A stretch of 64,000 bases of DNA, from contig JAWKRM010000003.1 in NCBI GenBank assembly GCA_041389625.1, forward strand, positions 101,636-165,635. Direction: 5' to 3'. The notes under the pieces are model-generated. The model was not told where the DNA came from and ran no database searches. It saw only the letters and a list, made by a program, of their open reading frames with translations. The translations under genes and the position numbers were made by a program. Shown piece after piece: positions 45,393 through 54,638 of the stretch (positions are counted from its first letter, which is position 1; each line of letters starts with the position of its first letter). The stretch comes from Polyangiales bacterium (GTDB taxonomy: Bacteria > Myxococcota_A > Polyangia > Polyangiales > JAWKRM01).

Positions 45393-47156
45393 TTATTCGG
45401 CGTGATTGATGTAGCGGAAGACGTCGCTCGCCACGAAGCCGAGGAGCACTTCACGCAGGCTGCCCGGCCGGTCCGTATCGAGCCGGATCGTCTGGAGGCT
45501 GCACACGTCGAGGGGGGCCGGATTTCGGCGGAGGGCGTGCTGGAACCACGCCTCGGCGGCGCACTCGCGAAGCCAGTCCGTTTCGAGCAGCCGCGAGCTG
45601 AGCTCGACCGCGTCCTTCACGGGGCCGTTCGCGAGGCCCGCGTACACGAGCTCTCCGCTTGAATCGACGGGCGCCCCGGACCAGTTCTCCGCGTCGCCCT
45701 GCCACCGGCCCAGCGCGTCGTAGTGCTCGAAGGCGAACCCGATGGGATTGATGCCAGCGTGGCAGCCGTTGCAGAACGGTTCCGCGGTGAGCGATTCCGT
45801 CTTCTCGCGCACGCTCTGGACGGCGGCGCCACCGGGCGCGGAGGATGCCACCGGGGTGTTGTCGACCGTCGGGGGCGGCGGAGTCGGGGGTTGGCAGAGC
45901 AGGTGCTTGCGCACAAACACGCCGCGCTGGATCGGCGATGAATCCGTGTCCGACGCGTGGACCGCGAGGAACCCGGCACGCGTGAGCACGCCGGCGCGCT
46001 GGGTCGTGTCCAGGTCCACCCACGCCCACTGGTTTGCCCCCGTGGGGCCGCCCTCGACGCCGTAGAGGGCAGCGAGTGGGCCGTTGACGTAGGCGCGCGG
46101 ATCCGTGAAGAGCGTCTCGATGGATCCGTCCTTTTCGAACATGACGTAGTCCATGAACGCGTCCATCTCCGTGCGCATGTAGCCACCGAGCTGTGGCGTG
46201 AAGTTGTCGAAGCGCGAGGCGTCCTTGTTGAGATCGTCGACCGGCGCGTTCAGGTGTTCGCCATCCATGTCGAGCCAGCTCGTCAGGTAGCTCCGGAGGA
46301 CGGGCTTGGCGCGATCGTCCGCGAGCATTCGCGTCGCTTGGGAGATGACGCCATCCACGGTGTCGAGTTCTCCGCCCGCCGCCGCGGCGAGGAGCGCGTC
46401 ATCCGGGAGGCTGTCCCACAGGAAGTAGGAAAGGCGCTGCGCCATCTCGTACTCCGCGAGCTGCTTCGTCGTGCTGCCGCTGCCGTCGTCGACACCCGCC
46501 GAGTAGAAATAGAGAAACTGCGGGGCCTGGAGAACCGCCTGCACAACGTACGCGAGTCGCTCCGACTGGGTGCTGCCCGACGGAGCAGCATTCCACGCTG
46601 CGCCGAGCCAGGTGCTCTCGGCGCTCGACAGCGGATGTCGAAATGCGCGTTCCGCGAACTTCGCGAGGAACTCCTGGGCGCAAGCGGTGTTGGATGTGCC
46701 GAGGTCGCACGAGACGTACGCGTTCATCCATGTCGACTGTGCCGGCACGAGATCCGCGGCAATCTGGTTCCACTTCTGAACGGCGAGCAGCGAGGGTGCA
46801 TCGTCGTCCTTGGTCAGGTTCACGTCGATGGTCGGTTCGCCGAGAAGCTCGCGAACGGAGTTCTCGTACTGCCGTTCGGTCAGTCGATAGATTCGTGTCG
46901 CGCCGGTTTGGGGCTCGGCGTCGTTGCATTCGACGAGGCGCGGCTCGCCGTCTTCGCCTGGGACGACAACGGGCCCGTCCGGGATGCCGTCGCCGTCGAG
47001 GTCGCCCGGTACGCCGCTGCCGCGGGGGCCAGCCGGTTCGTCCCCCTTGTCCGCGATGATTCCCGTGCAGCCTGCCACCGCAATCCACATGGCCGCCGCG
47101 AGCACACGGGATGTTCCAATCCGGGGACCCAATTCGTTTCGAGCACCGCCCACCAT
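45393..47156 (-). CDS. lipoprotein of the DUF1587/1595/1592/1588/1585 multidomain family, with a CxxCH motif
   Basis: Lipobox IAVAGC. Landmarks are YRLTERQYENSVRELLG, FLAKFAERAFRHPL, VVQAVLQAPQFLYF and FCNGCHAGINPIGFAFEHYDALGRW. Family names are from memory. Confidence 0.7.
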   Translation of the reverse strand: MVGGARNELGPRIGTSRVLAAAMWIAVAGCTGIIADKGDEPAGPRGSGVPGDLDGDGIPDGPVVVPGEDGEPRLVECNDAEPQTGATRIYRLTERQYENSVRELLGEPTIDVNLTKDDDAPSLLAVQKWNQIAADLVPAQSTWMNAYVSCDLGTSNTACAQEFLAKFAERAFRHPLSSAESTWLGAAWNAAPSGSTQSERLAYVVQAVLQAPQFLYFYSAGVDDGSGSTTKQLAEYEMAQRLSYFLWDSLPDDALLAAAAGGELDTVDGVISQATRMLADDRAKPVLRSYLTSWLDMDGEHLNAPVDDLNKDASRFDNFTPQLGGYMRTEMDAFMDYVMFEKDGSIETLFTDPRAYVNGPLAALYGVEGGPTGANQWAWVDLDTTQRAGVLTRAGFLAVHASDTDSSPIQRGVFVRKHLLCQPPTPPPPTVDNTPVASSAPGGAAVQSVREKTESLTAEPFCNGCHAGINPIGFAFEHYDALGRWQGDAENWSGAPVDSSGELVYAGLANGPVKDAVELSSRLLETDWLRECAAEAWFQHALRRNPAPLDVCSLQTIRLDTDRPGSLREVLLGFVASDVFRYINHAE

Positions 47157-47454
47157 GGGATGTGGTTGAGCAAGAACCGGGCCTCATCAGAATGTCGCGA
47201 AATTCGGCGGAATCGACCCCGCTCGGGCCCTGGAACCCGCCCCGCCGCCCGCGTCGCGCGCGCCAACTGCAAACACGTGGTTTTCGCTCGCCCGGAAGCC
47301 GTCCGAGACACGGCACCCGCCGAGGTTCACCAAGCGCGCCGGAGTGTAAAGCGGCGATTACGGCCTTCGCGTTCGCGGACCGGCAAACCTGGGGAGTTTT
47401 CGGTGCACGGTGCCTGGTCCGGTTGTTGCTCACTCGAAGCGCATGCATGTGGGG

Positions 47455-48606
47455 ATGAGGACCTGGTGGTTTGGGATGTGGCACGCGGAATGGCAGTTCG
47501 GCGGGTTGGTGATCGCCGCGATGCTCTCGCTCATGGTTGCGCCGGTGGCTGGCTGCGACGGGAGCATCGCGGGGGGGGAAGAGGCATCGAACGGCGCGCC
47601 GTTCGAAGGTGGCGGCGACGGGACGTCGAACCGCGACCCCGATGATCTCGCGATGCCGTCGCCGACTGGGCCCGATGGCGCCACGCTGCCGAACTCGGGC
47701 GACCCCGACGGCAGCATGTCAACGGGGATCGAAGACGCGGGCGTGGGTACCGAACCGATGGACGCGGCCGAACCGGTGGACCCCATGAATCCCACGGACC
47801 CCACGGACCCGCCGGGTCCGAAACCGTGGCCCGATGCCACCAACACGGGCGTGCCGAGCGGGACGGCGCTTACGCCGTCCGGAGGCATGACCATCACAAC
47901 CAGCGGTCAAGTCATCGACAAGCTGGACGTCTCTGGAACCATCACGGTCAAGGCGAACAACGTCACGATTCAGAACACGCGCATTCGTGTGACGAACAAG
48001 ATCGCCATCGAGCTCGCGTCCGGATACAGCAATCTCACCATCAAGGACGTGACCATCGAAGGGACTGACACCTCAACCGGCTACCCACAAAACGCTGCCA
48101 TCCGGATCCCGTCGGCCGCGAAGGCCGACCCGACGGTCACCATCCAGCGGCTCAATCTCTCGGGCTACGGCTTCGGAATTTTTCTCGAGGACGGAAGTGG
48201 TTTGATCGAAGACTCCTATCTTCACGACATGCACAACCAAGGCGGGAAGGGTCGCGACGCCATCGAGATGTGGGACAACCACGACTTCGTCATTCGGCAC
48301 AACGTTGTGGAGATGGACGGCGACAGCGCCAACAGCGCCATCAAGTTCCCGTGCGACGTGTCGTGGAACACCGGCGGTGACAACGTCCTCGTCGAGAACA
48401 ACATTCTCGCCGGTGGCGGATTCGCACTCATCGCGGGCTACTGCCCGGGTCAGCCGCAGCAGTGGACGAACACCCGCGTGGTCGGCAACCACTTCAGTAC
48501 CAAGTTCGCGAAGAACTGCGGGTTCTATGGACCGGCGAGCTGGGTGCAATCGTCGCTGGCGAGCGGCAATGTTTGGCACGAAACGGGCAAGCCGCTGCAG
48601 CTCTAG
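47455..48606 (+). CDS. lipoprotein with a right-handed parallel beta-helix (pectate-lyase-like) domain
   Basis: ATG at 47455 (alternatives 47443 and 47410). The lipobox is APVAGC. A Pro/Asp-rich linker precedes repeated turns (NNVTIQNTRIRV, SNLTIKDVTIEG, VTIQRLNLSG, GLIEDSYLHD, FVIRHNVVEM, VLVENNILAG, TRVVGNHF). GC is visibly low. Confidence 0.75.
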   Translation: MRTWWFGMWHAEWQFGGLVIAAMLSLMVAPVAGCDGSIAGGEEASNGAPFEGGGDGTSNRDPDDLAMPSPTGPDGATLPNSGDPDGSMSTGIEDAGVGTEPMDAAEPVDPMNPTDPTDPPGPKPWPDATNTGVPSGTALTPSGGMTITTSGQVIDKLDVSGTITVKANNVTIQNTRIRVTNKIAIELASGYSNLTIKDVTIEGTDTSTGYPQNAAIRIPSAAKADPTVTIQRLNLSGYGFGIFLEDGSGLIEDSYLHDMHNQGGKGRDAIEMWDNHDFVIRHNVVEMDGDSANSAIKFPCDVSWNTGGDNVLVENNILAGGGFALIAGYCPGQPQQWTNTRVVGNHFSTKFAKNCGFYGPASWVQSSLASGNVWHETGKPLQL

Positions 48607-48607
48607 G

Positions 48608-49030
48608 CTAGACCCGCTCCATCACCCAGCAGTTGGTCGCGTTGGTCATGCCAATGTGCGGGTAGTAGCCGGCGGCATCGGGCGCCGTGAGGAGAATGAG
48701 CTTGGCCTGGCGCGTGGCGAGGCGGCGTGTCTCCTCGATGAGGCGCTGTCCAATGCGCTGACGTTGCCAGTCACGATCGACGGCGATGTCGGACAGGTAG
48801 CAGCAGTAAGCGAAGTCGGTCAGGGAGCGGGCAACGCCGATGAGCGCACCGGATTCGTCACGCGCGGTGACGATGAGGTTCGCGTGTTCGAGCATCTTGC
48901 CGATGCGCTCGCGATCGCCCACGGGGCGCCGTTCCGCAAGACCGGAGCGATTGAGAACATCGATGAATTCGTCGGCGGTAACGCTGGTGTCGCGTTGGTA
49001 CGTAACGTTCGGCTGCATGGGGGGCACCAT
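48608..49030 (-). CDS. GNAT-family N-acetyltransferase
   Basis: Internal ATG at 49030 gives 140 aa. The acetyl-CoA motif is DIAVDRDWQRQRIGQRLIEE. The gene is convergent with the previous gene, separated by 1 nt. Confidence 0.75.
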   Translation of the reverse strand: MVPPMQPNVTYQRDTSVTADEFIDVLNRSGLAERRPVGDRERIGKMLEHANLIVTARDESGALIGVARSLTDFAYCCYLSDIAVDRDWQRQRIGQRLIEETRRLATRQAKLILLTAPDAAGYYPHIGMTNATNCWVMERV

Positions 49031-49532
49031 AGCGCGCTCCTGGGCGACGAGCCCACGGAGTTCACGAGCGCGACGAATTCGGACCTCTTCGTCGTCGATT
49101 CCCGGATCGAGGTGGTGTCGATCTCGTATGTGAATGAGTACCCCGGCAAACTGAACCAGGGCGCCGCAACCTTTCGGCCGAGCCTCGCCGGCAATCCCCC
49201 CGCGGCGTACGCCGGATACATTCCATGCTGACCCCCGCGGAGGGCGAATCGGTGACCGTGCGGCGCATCGCGTACGACCTCGGCCCAATACACGTCAAAC
49301 CCGAGCAGCTTGGAACTTCGTTCCAGCGCGGACGACTACGCGGCGCCGCGGTCGGCTTCCGGTGGATCGCAGGAAACGCCTTCGGAGAATAAGGGTGGAG
49401 GTGCCGCAGGTTTCTCGACGAACGACGTGGTGATCTACGGCGACATGTGACCGACGCGCGCGTGCTGTGCGCACCGTGACTCTGGGTTCCTGGGGTTGGC
49501 CTCGCCGGCGCATTGCTTTACGGTCGGAACCC

Positions 49533-50769
49533 ATGACGGCATCACGATTCAACTTGGGGTGGCTCGTCGTTCTTGCCTTGGCGGGAGCGTGCGAAGATTC
49601 GACGGCGGCGAGCGGAGACGCGAGTGCCGGTGATGCCGGGAACGACGCGGCGTTGCGTGACGGTAGCGACCATGACGCGGCGGTGGCCTGCTCCGACGCG
49701 ACGGATTGCGACGACGGGGAATCGTGCACGACCGATGTGTGCGATTCGACGGGCGCATGCGTCCACACCGCCGTTCCCAACGACACAGAGTGTGACGACG
49801 GCGACGCCTGCACTGGCGTCGACACCTGCCAAGCGGGAGTTTGCACGGGTGCGGACCCTGTGATGTGCGCCGCCATTGACCAGTGTCACGACGTGGGCGT
49901 GTGCGACCCGGCACGGGCATGTGCTCGAACCCGCCCAAGACCGACAACACCGGCTGCGATGACGCGGACGCGTGTACGCAGACCGACACGTGCCAAGCGG
50001 GGGTTTGCACGGGCGCGAATCCCGTCGTGTGCTCGGCGGCCGACGAGTGCCACGTGGTGGGCACCTGCGATTCGGACACCGGGAATTGCTCGAATCCGAA
50101 CGCGACCGACGGCACGACATGCATGACGACCGGCGAGTGCCAGGCAGGGACATGCGAGTTCCCCCCGGTCGTGCTCGCCGTTCAAGATTTCGAAACATCG
50201 CCCGCCACACCCACGTGGGCGTTCTCGGGGTCGCCAACCTACGTGAGCGGCTACTCCGATGCGACCAACGCAGCGCCGGCCAATAGCCCCCTCGGCATCG
50301 ACGGTTCACGCGCCTGGGAAACCCATTCCGTGTCCGGGGGCCTGCAGCTCACGTTTGACAACGTGGCCGTCCCCTCCGGCTACGACCAAGTGCGCCTGAC
50401 GTTCCGTCTCGCAGGCATGAACCTCAGCGGCTCAACCGGCGGGCCGACAATCTCGACTACGTGCTCGTCGAGATCAGCACCGACGGCGGTGCGAACTACT
50501 ACCCACGCGTGCGCGTCCGCGGGTCGGCGGCGGACAATAGCTTCTGGGGCTACGACGCGACGGGAGTGGCATCGGTGAGCTACCTGCCCGAGTCGGAGGA
50601 AGTCTTCGAGCGCGCGAACAGTGGCTTGTTGGCCGACGGTTACAGCACCGTGGAGATCACGTTCCCCGGATCCGTCACGCAGGTGCGAACACGGATCACC
50701 GCGCGCTCCAGCTCGGACTCCGATACCTGGCTCATCGACAACGTCCAACTCATCGGCGAGTACCTCTAG
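49533..50769 (+). pseudogene. Cys-rich-repeat lipoprotein gene interrupted by two -1 frameshifts (ORF pieces 49467.., 49883.., 50461..)
   Basis: ATG at 49533 with lipobox LALAGAC. There are three copies of a C-x-D-x-C-T-x-x-D-x-C-x-x-G-x-C-type repeat. The sense continues from frame 0 to frame 2 at the CCC run 49907-49909, and from frame 2 to frame 1 at the GGG run 50441-50443. Confidence 0.75.
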
Positions 50770-50805
50770 CGGGGCGCTAGCCGCACGCGCAACCAGTGCG
50801 GTTCG

Positions 50806-51837
50806 CTACTCACGGAGAAGTACGTCGCAGTAGTACTTCACTTTGCGGAGTAGTTTCCCGTGGGGGCGTTTGTCGATGTCCTTGCGGAGGGCGAGGAAGA
50901 CGCGGCGCTGGAGGGTGTAGCTGTTGACGACGCGCTTTGGGGGCTTGCCGCCGCCCGCGGACTCGAGGGGCTTCCAGAGTTCGGCGCGCGGGGTGCCCCA
51001 GGTGGCGAGGTCATCATCGGAAACGCTGTCGATCATCCGGCGGGCGAGGGCGAGTTTCTTCTCGTCGTGGGCGAGTTCCTCGGCCCATTTCTCGACGGAT
51101 GCGGCGACGGGGCGCGAGTGTTGGTGCACGCCGATGGGGTCGCCGGGGCCCTGCTTGCTGCCGTCGAAACGGTCGCCGTAGTTCGCGGCCTCGGGTTGGT
51201 GTTCGAGGCCGAGGTACCCGAACACGCGCTCGAGCTCCGCCTCGGGCTGTCGGACAAGGGTTTCGTACGAGACGTGCACGTACGGTGCGGGCTTGTCGCG
51301 GAGGAACTTCGCCATGGCGGGCACGTAGCGTTCCACGAGTGGGTTGAACGCGTGCGCGGCGGCCCAGTCACCCTCGAAGAAGGAGTTCGCGAAGGAACTA
51401 AACACCGCGAGCGGGTGCCGCGTGAGCACGACGTACTTTGCCGACGGGTAGAGGCGCGCGAGGAACGGCAGCACGAGCGCGTAGGCCGGTGTCTTGTCCA
51501 TGAATACGGACTTCTCCGGCATTGTCCGAAGCATCTTGCCGTAGAGACCGTCGGTGTAGCTGCGGAGGGAGTCGTAGTAGTCGTGCTCTTTGTTCGGCAG
51601 GTGATCCACGAACAGCTTGATCGCCTCCGCCGAATTGATGTGGTCGTAGGGCGCCGCGTCGACGATGCCGTCGAAGCCGAGGTGGGCGAGGGGCGTGATG
51701 ATGTGCGGCTCGGGATGTGTCCCGATGGCCGTATGCGATCCAAGCATGCGTTGAAGCAAGGTGGAGCCGGACCGCGGCGGCGAAACGACAAAGAGGAGCT
51801 GTTCCTGCGTGAACGTATCCTTCACGGCGCGCACCAT
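50806..51837 (-). CDS. sulfotransferase-family protein
   Basis: Internal ATG at 51837. The 5'-PSB-type loop is VVSPPRSGSTLLQRML, followed later by VVLTRHPL. 343 aa. Confidence 0.75.
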   Translation of the reverse strand: MVRAVKDTFTQEQLLFVVSPPRSGSTLLQRMLGSHTAIGTHPEPHIITPLAHLGFDGIVDAAPYDHINSAEAIKLFVDHLPNKEHDYYDSLRSYTDGLYGKMLRTMPEKSVFMDKTPAYALVLPFLARLYPSAKYVVLTRHPLAVFSSFANSFFEGDWAAAHAFNPLVERYVPAMAKFLRDKPAPYVHVSYETLVRQPEAELERVFGYLGLEHQPEAANYGDRFDGSKQGPGDPIGVHQHSRPVAASVEKWAEELAHDEKKLALARRMIDSVSDDDLATWGTPRAELWKPLESAGGGKPPKRVVNSYTLQRRVFLALRKDIDKRPHGKLLRKVKYYCDVLLRE

Positions 51838-52008
51838 AGCAGGCCCGTGCGGCCACAAGCAGGACCCGTGCCGCGGCGCGGCGGAGATCGCGGCGACCGC
51901 GCATTGCCCGTGCATTGCGCGTGAACTGGGCCGTGCGCGAAAAGGCGCACATTGTCGCCTAGTCGACGTTCTGGATCCTCGGCGACCTAGGCCTCAAAAT
52001 CCTTACCC

Positions 52009-53409
52009 ATGTCGAAGTCGCATCTGAAGCTCCTCGCGGAAGAGGATCTGCGCGCGCGGCAGCGCCCGTCGGTTCCGCCCGATTCGCTGCGTCACCGTGA
52101 TCTCCTCGGCGGCGATTTCTGGCGCCGCATTCCCGCCTTTCGCGACGTGAGCGAGGAGGACTTCCTCGACCACAAATGGCAGATGAAGCACACGATCACC
52201 AAGGCCGAGAAGCTGCTCGACGCGCTTCAAGGGATCGTGAGTGAAGCGTTCCTCGAGGACGCACGCCAGGGCTTCCGAATCGCCCCGATGGCGGTGCGCG
52301 TCTCACCCTACATGCTGAGCCTCATCGACTGGCGCGACCCCTACGGGGACCCGCTCCGAAAGCAGTTCATCCCGGTGCTCTCCACGCGGCTCCCGGATCA
52401 CCCGAAGCTCACCCTGGACTCGCTCGCGGAGCAGGCCGACTCGCCGGTGCCGGGGCTCACGCACCGCTACCCCGACAAGGCGCTTTTCCTCGCGCTCGAT
52501 ACCTGCCCGGTGTACTGCCGGTTTTGCACGCGGTCCTACGCCGTGGGGCCGGACCAGGAGAGCGTCGAGAAGGTGAGCCTCAAGGCGACACAGGAGCGCT
52601 GGGGGAAGGTCTTCGAGTACATCGCGTCGCGTCCCGAACTCGAGGACATCGTCGTGAGCGGCGGTGACTCGTGGAATCTACGCGCCGACCAAATCGAAGA
52701 AATCGGCAATCGCCTCCTCGATATTCCGAACGTGCTTCGCATGCGTTTTGCCTCGAAGGGGCCGGCCGTGATGCCGCAGAAGCTCCTCACCGACGACAAG
52801 TGGTTCAGCGCGTTCGTCGGCGTCGTGAAACGCGGCCGAAAAATGCAGAAAGACGTGGTCCTCCACACGCATTTCAACCACGCGAACGAGATCACGGACA
52901 TCACGCGGCGCGCCCTGGCGCGTCTCCACGACGAGGGTGTCGTCGTGCGCAACCAGAGCGTGCTTCAGCGCGGCGTGAACGATACGCCGGATTCGATGAC
53001 GCTCCTCGTCAAGCGCCTCGCGTACGTGAACGTGCATGCGTATTACGTCTACGTGCACGACCTTGTGAAAGGCACGGAGGAACTCCGAACAACCGTGCAG
53101 ACGGCCATGGACATCGAGAAGCATGTTCGCGGCGCGACGGCGGGCTTCAACACGCCGACCTTCGTCGTCGATGCGCCGGGCGGCGGCGGCAAACGCGACG
53201 TCCATTCCCGCGAGTTCTACGACCGCGTCACGGGGATTTCGGTCTACACGGCGCCGTCGGTGAAGCCGGGGCAGCACTATTTCTACTTCGATCCAGTCGA
53301 TCTCTTGCCGGAGGAGGGGCAGCGCCGGTGGGCGGATCCGTCGCAGCACGATAAGATGCTCCAGGAGGCGCTCGATACGTCGCGCTCGCGACAGATCGGA
53401 CGCGGTTAG
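52009..53409 (+). CDS. KamA-family radical-SAM aminomutase (lysine 2,3-aminomutase-like)
   Basis: The CPVYCRFCTR cluster is present. The N-terminus reads DFLDHKWQMKHTI and ..PYMLSLIDW.DP..DPLRKQFIP. SGGD is present. 466 aa. Confidence 0.85.
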   Translation: MSKSHLKLLAEEDLRARQRPSVPPDSLRHRDLLGGDFWRRIPAFRDVSEEDFLDHKWQMKHTITKAEKLLDALQGIVSEAFLEDARQGFRIAPMAVRVSPYMLSLIDWRDPYGDPLRKQFIPVLSTRLPDHPKLTLDSLAEQADSPVPGLTHRYPDKALFLALDTCPVYCRFCTRSYAVGPDQESVEKVSLKATQERWGKVFEYIASRPELEDIVVSGGDSWNLRADQIEEIGNRLLDIPNVLRMRFASKGPAVMPQKLLTDDKWFSAFVGVVKRGRKMQKDVVLHTHFNHANEITDITRRALARLHDEGVVVRNQSVLQRGVNDTPDSMTLLVKRLAYVNVHAYYVYVHDLVKGTEELRTTVQTAMDIEKHVRGATAGFNTPTFVVDAPGGGGKRDVHSREFYDRVTGISVYTAPSVKPGQHYFYFDPVDLLPEEGQRRWADPSQHDKMLQEALDTSRSRQIGRG

Positions 53410-53411
53410 CT

Positions 53412-54638
53412 TTGACGAACGTTGAACGAATCAAAAAGGTTGCCGTTGCCCTTCGGTACGCGGCGTTCGTGGCGGGATGCGCGCATCTCGTGGTGTTCGT
53501 CGCCGCATGCGACGAACAAAGCTCCGGCGGGCTGTCGATTTCATTCGACCCGGAAAGCCTTGCCGATCAAACCGAAGTCATCGAACTGAACCTTGTCGAC
53601 CGCTGCGATGATTCCACGGGCGGAACTGCGCTTGCGCAGGATCCCAGAAGCAGTGGACGCTCTACCGCGACGGCGCGTTGCCTGATATCGGCAACCTGTC
53701 AAATGGCAGCTACGCGTTCTACGCGCGTGGTTTCGACAAATCGTGCCGCCTGGTTTCGAGTGGATGCCAGGCATTCTCGGTGAAGGCATCAAGCTCGCCA
53801 AACGTCGACGTCGTCCTGGGCATGGCCAAGTGTCCCGTGGGGGGCGCGTGTGGAACGCTCGCATGCAGCCCGCTTGAGGATGGCAGGTCGGATGGCGAAA
53901 CGGACGCCGCGTCGGACGGCGGCATCGACGCTTCACACGACGCGGGCAATCAGCCCACCGTCGACTGGAGTCTAGAGCTCGGGGCGGTGTGCAACGTGAG
54001 CCTTTACGGTTTCTCGTTGTGCAACGCCTCGGCGGCAACGATCACCGTTGCGGCCGCGGGACAGCGCGGAGCGTTCTACGCCGATCAGCTCGTGACCATG
54101 AACGCGGGAACGTCGCTCGAAATCGAGTTCACGGCGACCATGGACATGCCGTCGGCGGAGAAAGTCGCAGACGGAATCGTCTTTGTGATTCGTGAGAAGG
54201 ACGCTCCTGAACTTGGCGCTGGTGCCGGTTGGCTGGGGTACGAGGGCCCTCGTGGGCGAGACCATGTACGACAGCGTGACTCCAAGCATTGGCGTGGAGA
54301 TGGACACGTTTGTCGGTGGGAATGACCCCGGCGCGGGTCAACATGTCGCCGTGCTTTCCAATGGCGACGTCGCGAACCACATCACCTGGGACCCTGCGCC
54401 GTTCGAGTTCACCGCCGTTCCAGAGACCCACGTCTGGATCGACTACGACGGGAACACCAACACGCTCACCGCGTACTTTGCCATGACCGACACCAAGCCC
54501 GCGGAGCCGCAGCTGACGGCGACCCTCGACATTCCGGGTGACGTGGGAAGCCAGGTCTATCTCGGGTTTACGGGTTCGACCGGGCAGTTCTTCGCCCGCC
54601 AGCGCATCACCGACTTTTCGTTCCGCGTCTGGGATTGA
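53412..54638 (+). pseudogene. lipoprotein with a C-terminal L-type (legume-like) lectin domain, interrupted by two frameshifts (ORF pieces 53412.., 53678.., 54192..)
   Basis: TTG start with lipobox VFVAAC. The sense moves from frame 0 to frame 2 at the CCC run 53643-53645, and back to frame 0 at the CCC run 54247-54249. Lectin-like motifs are ADGIVFVI, GWLGYEG, SIGVEMDTF..NDP, HVWIDYDG and YLGFTGSTG. Confidence 0.7.

Noticed and set aside
49225-49392. 55-codon ORF as a real small gene.
   Set aside because: It has no ribosome-binding site or recognisable family. It is more likely a fragment of a decayed gene, as described in the finding on 49031-49532.
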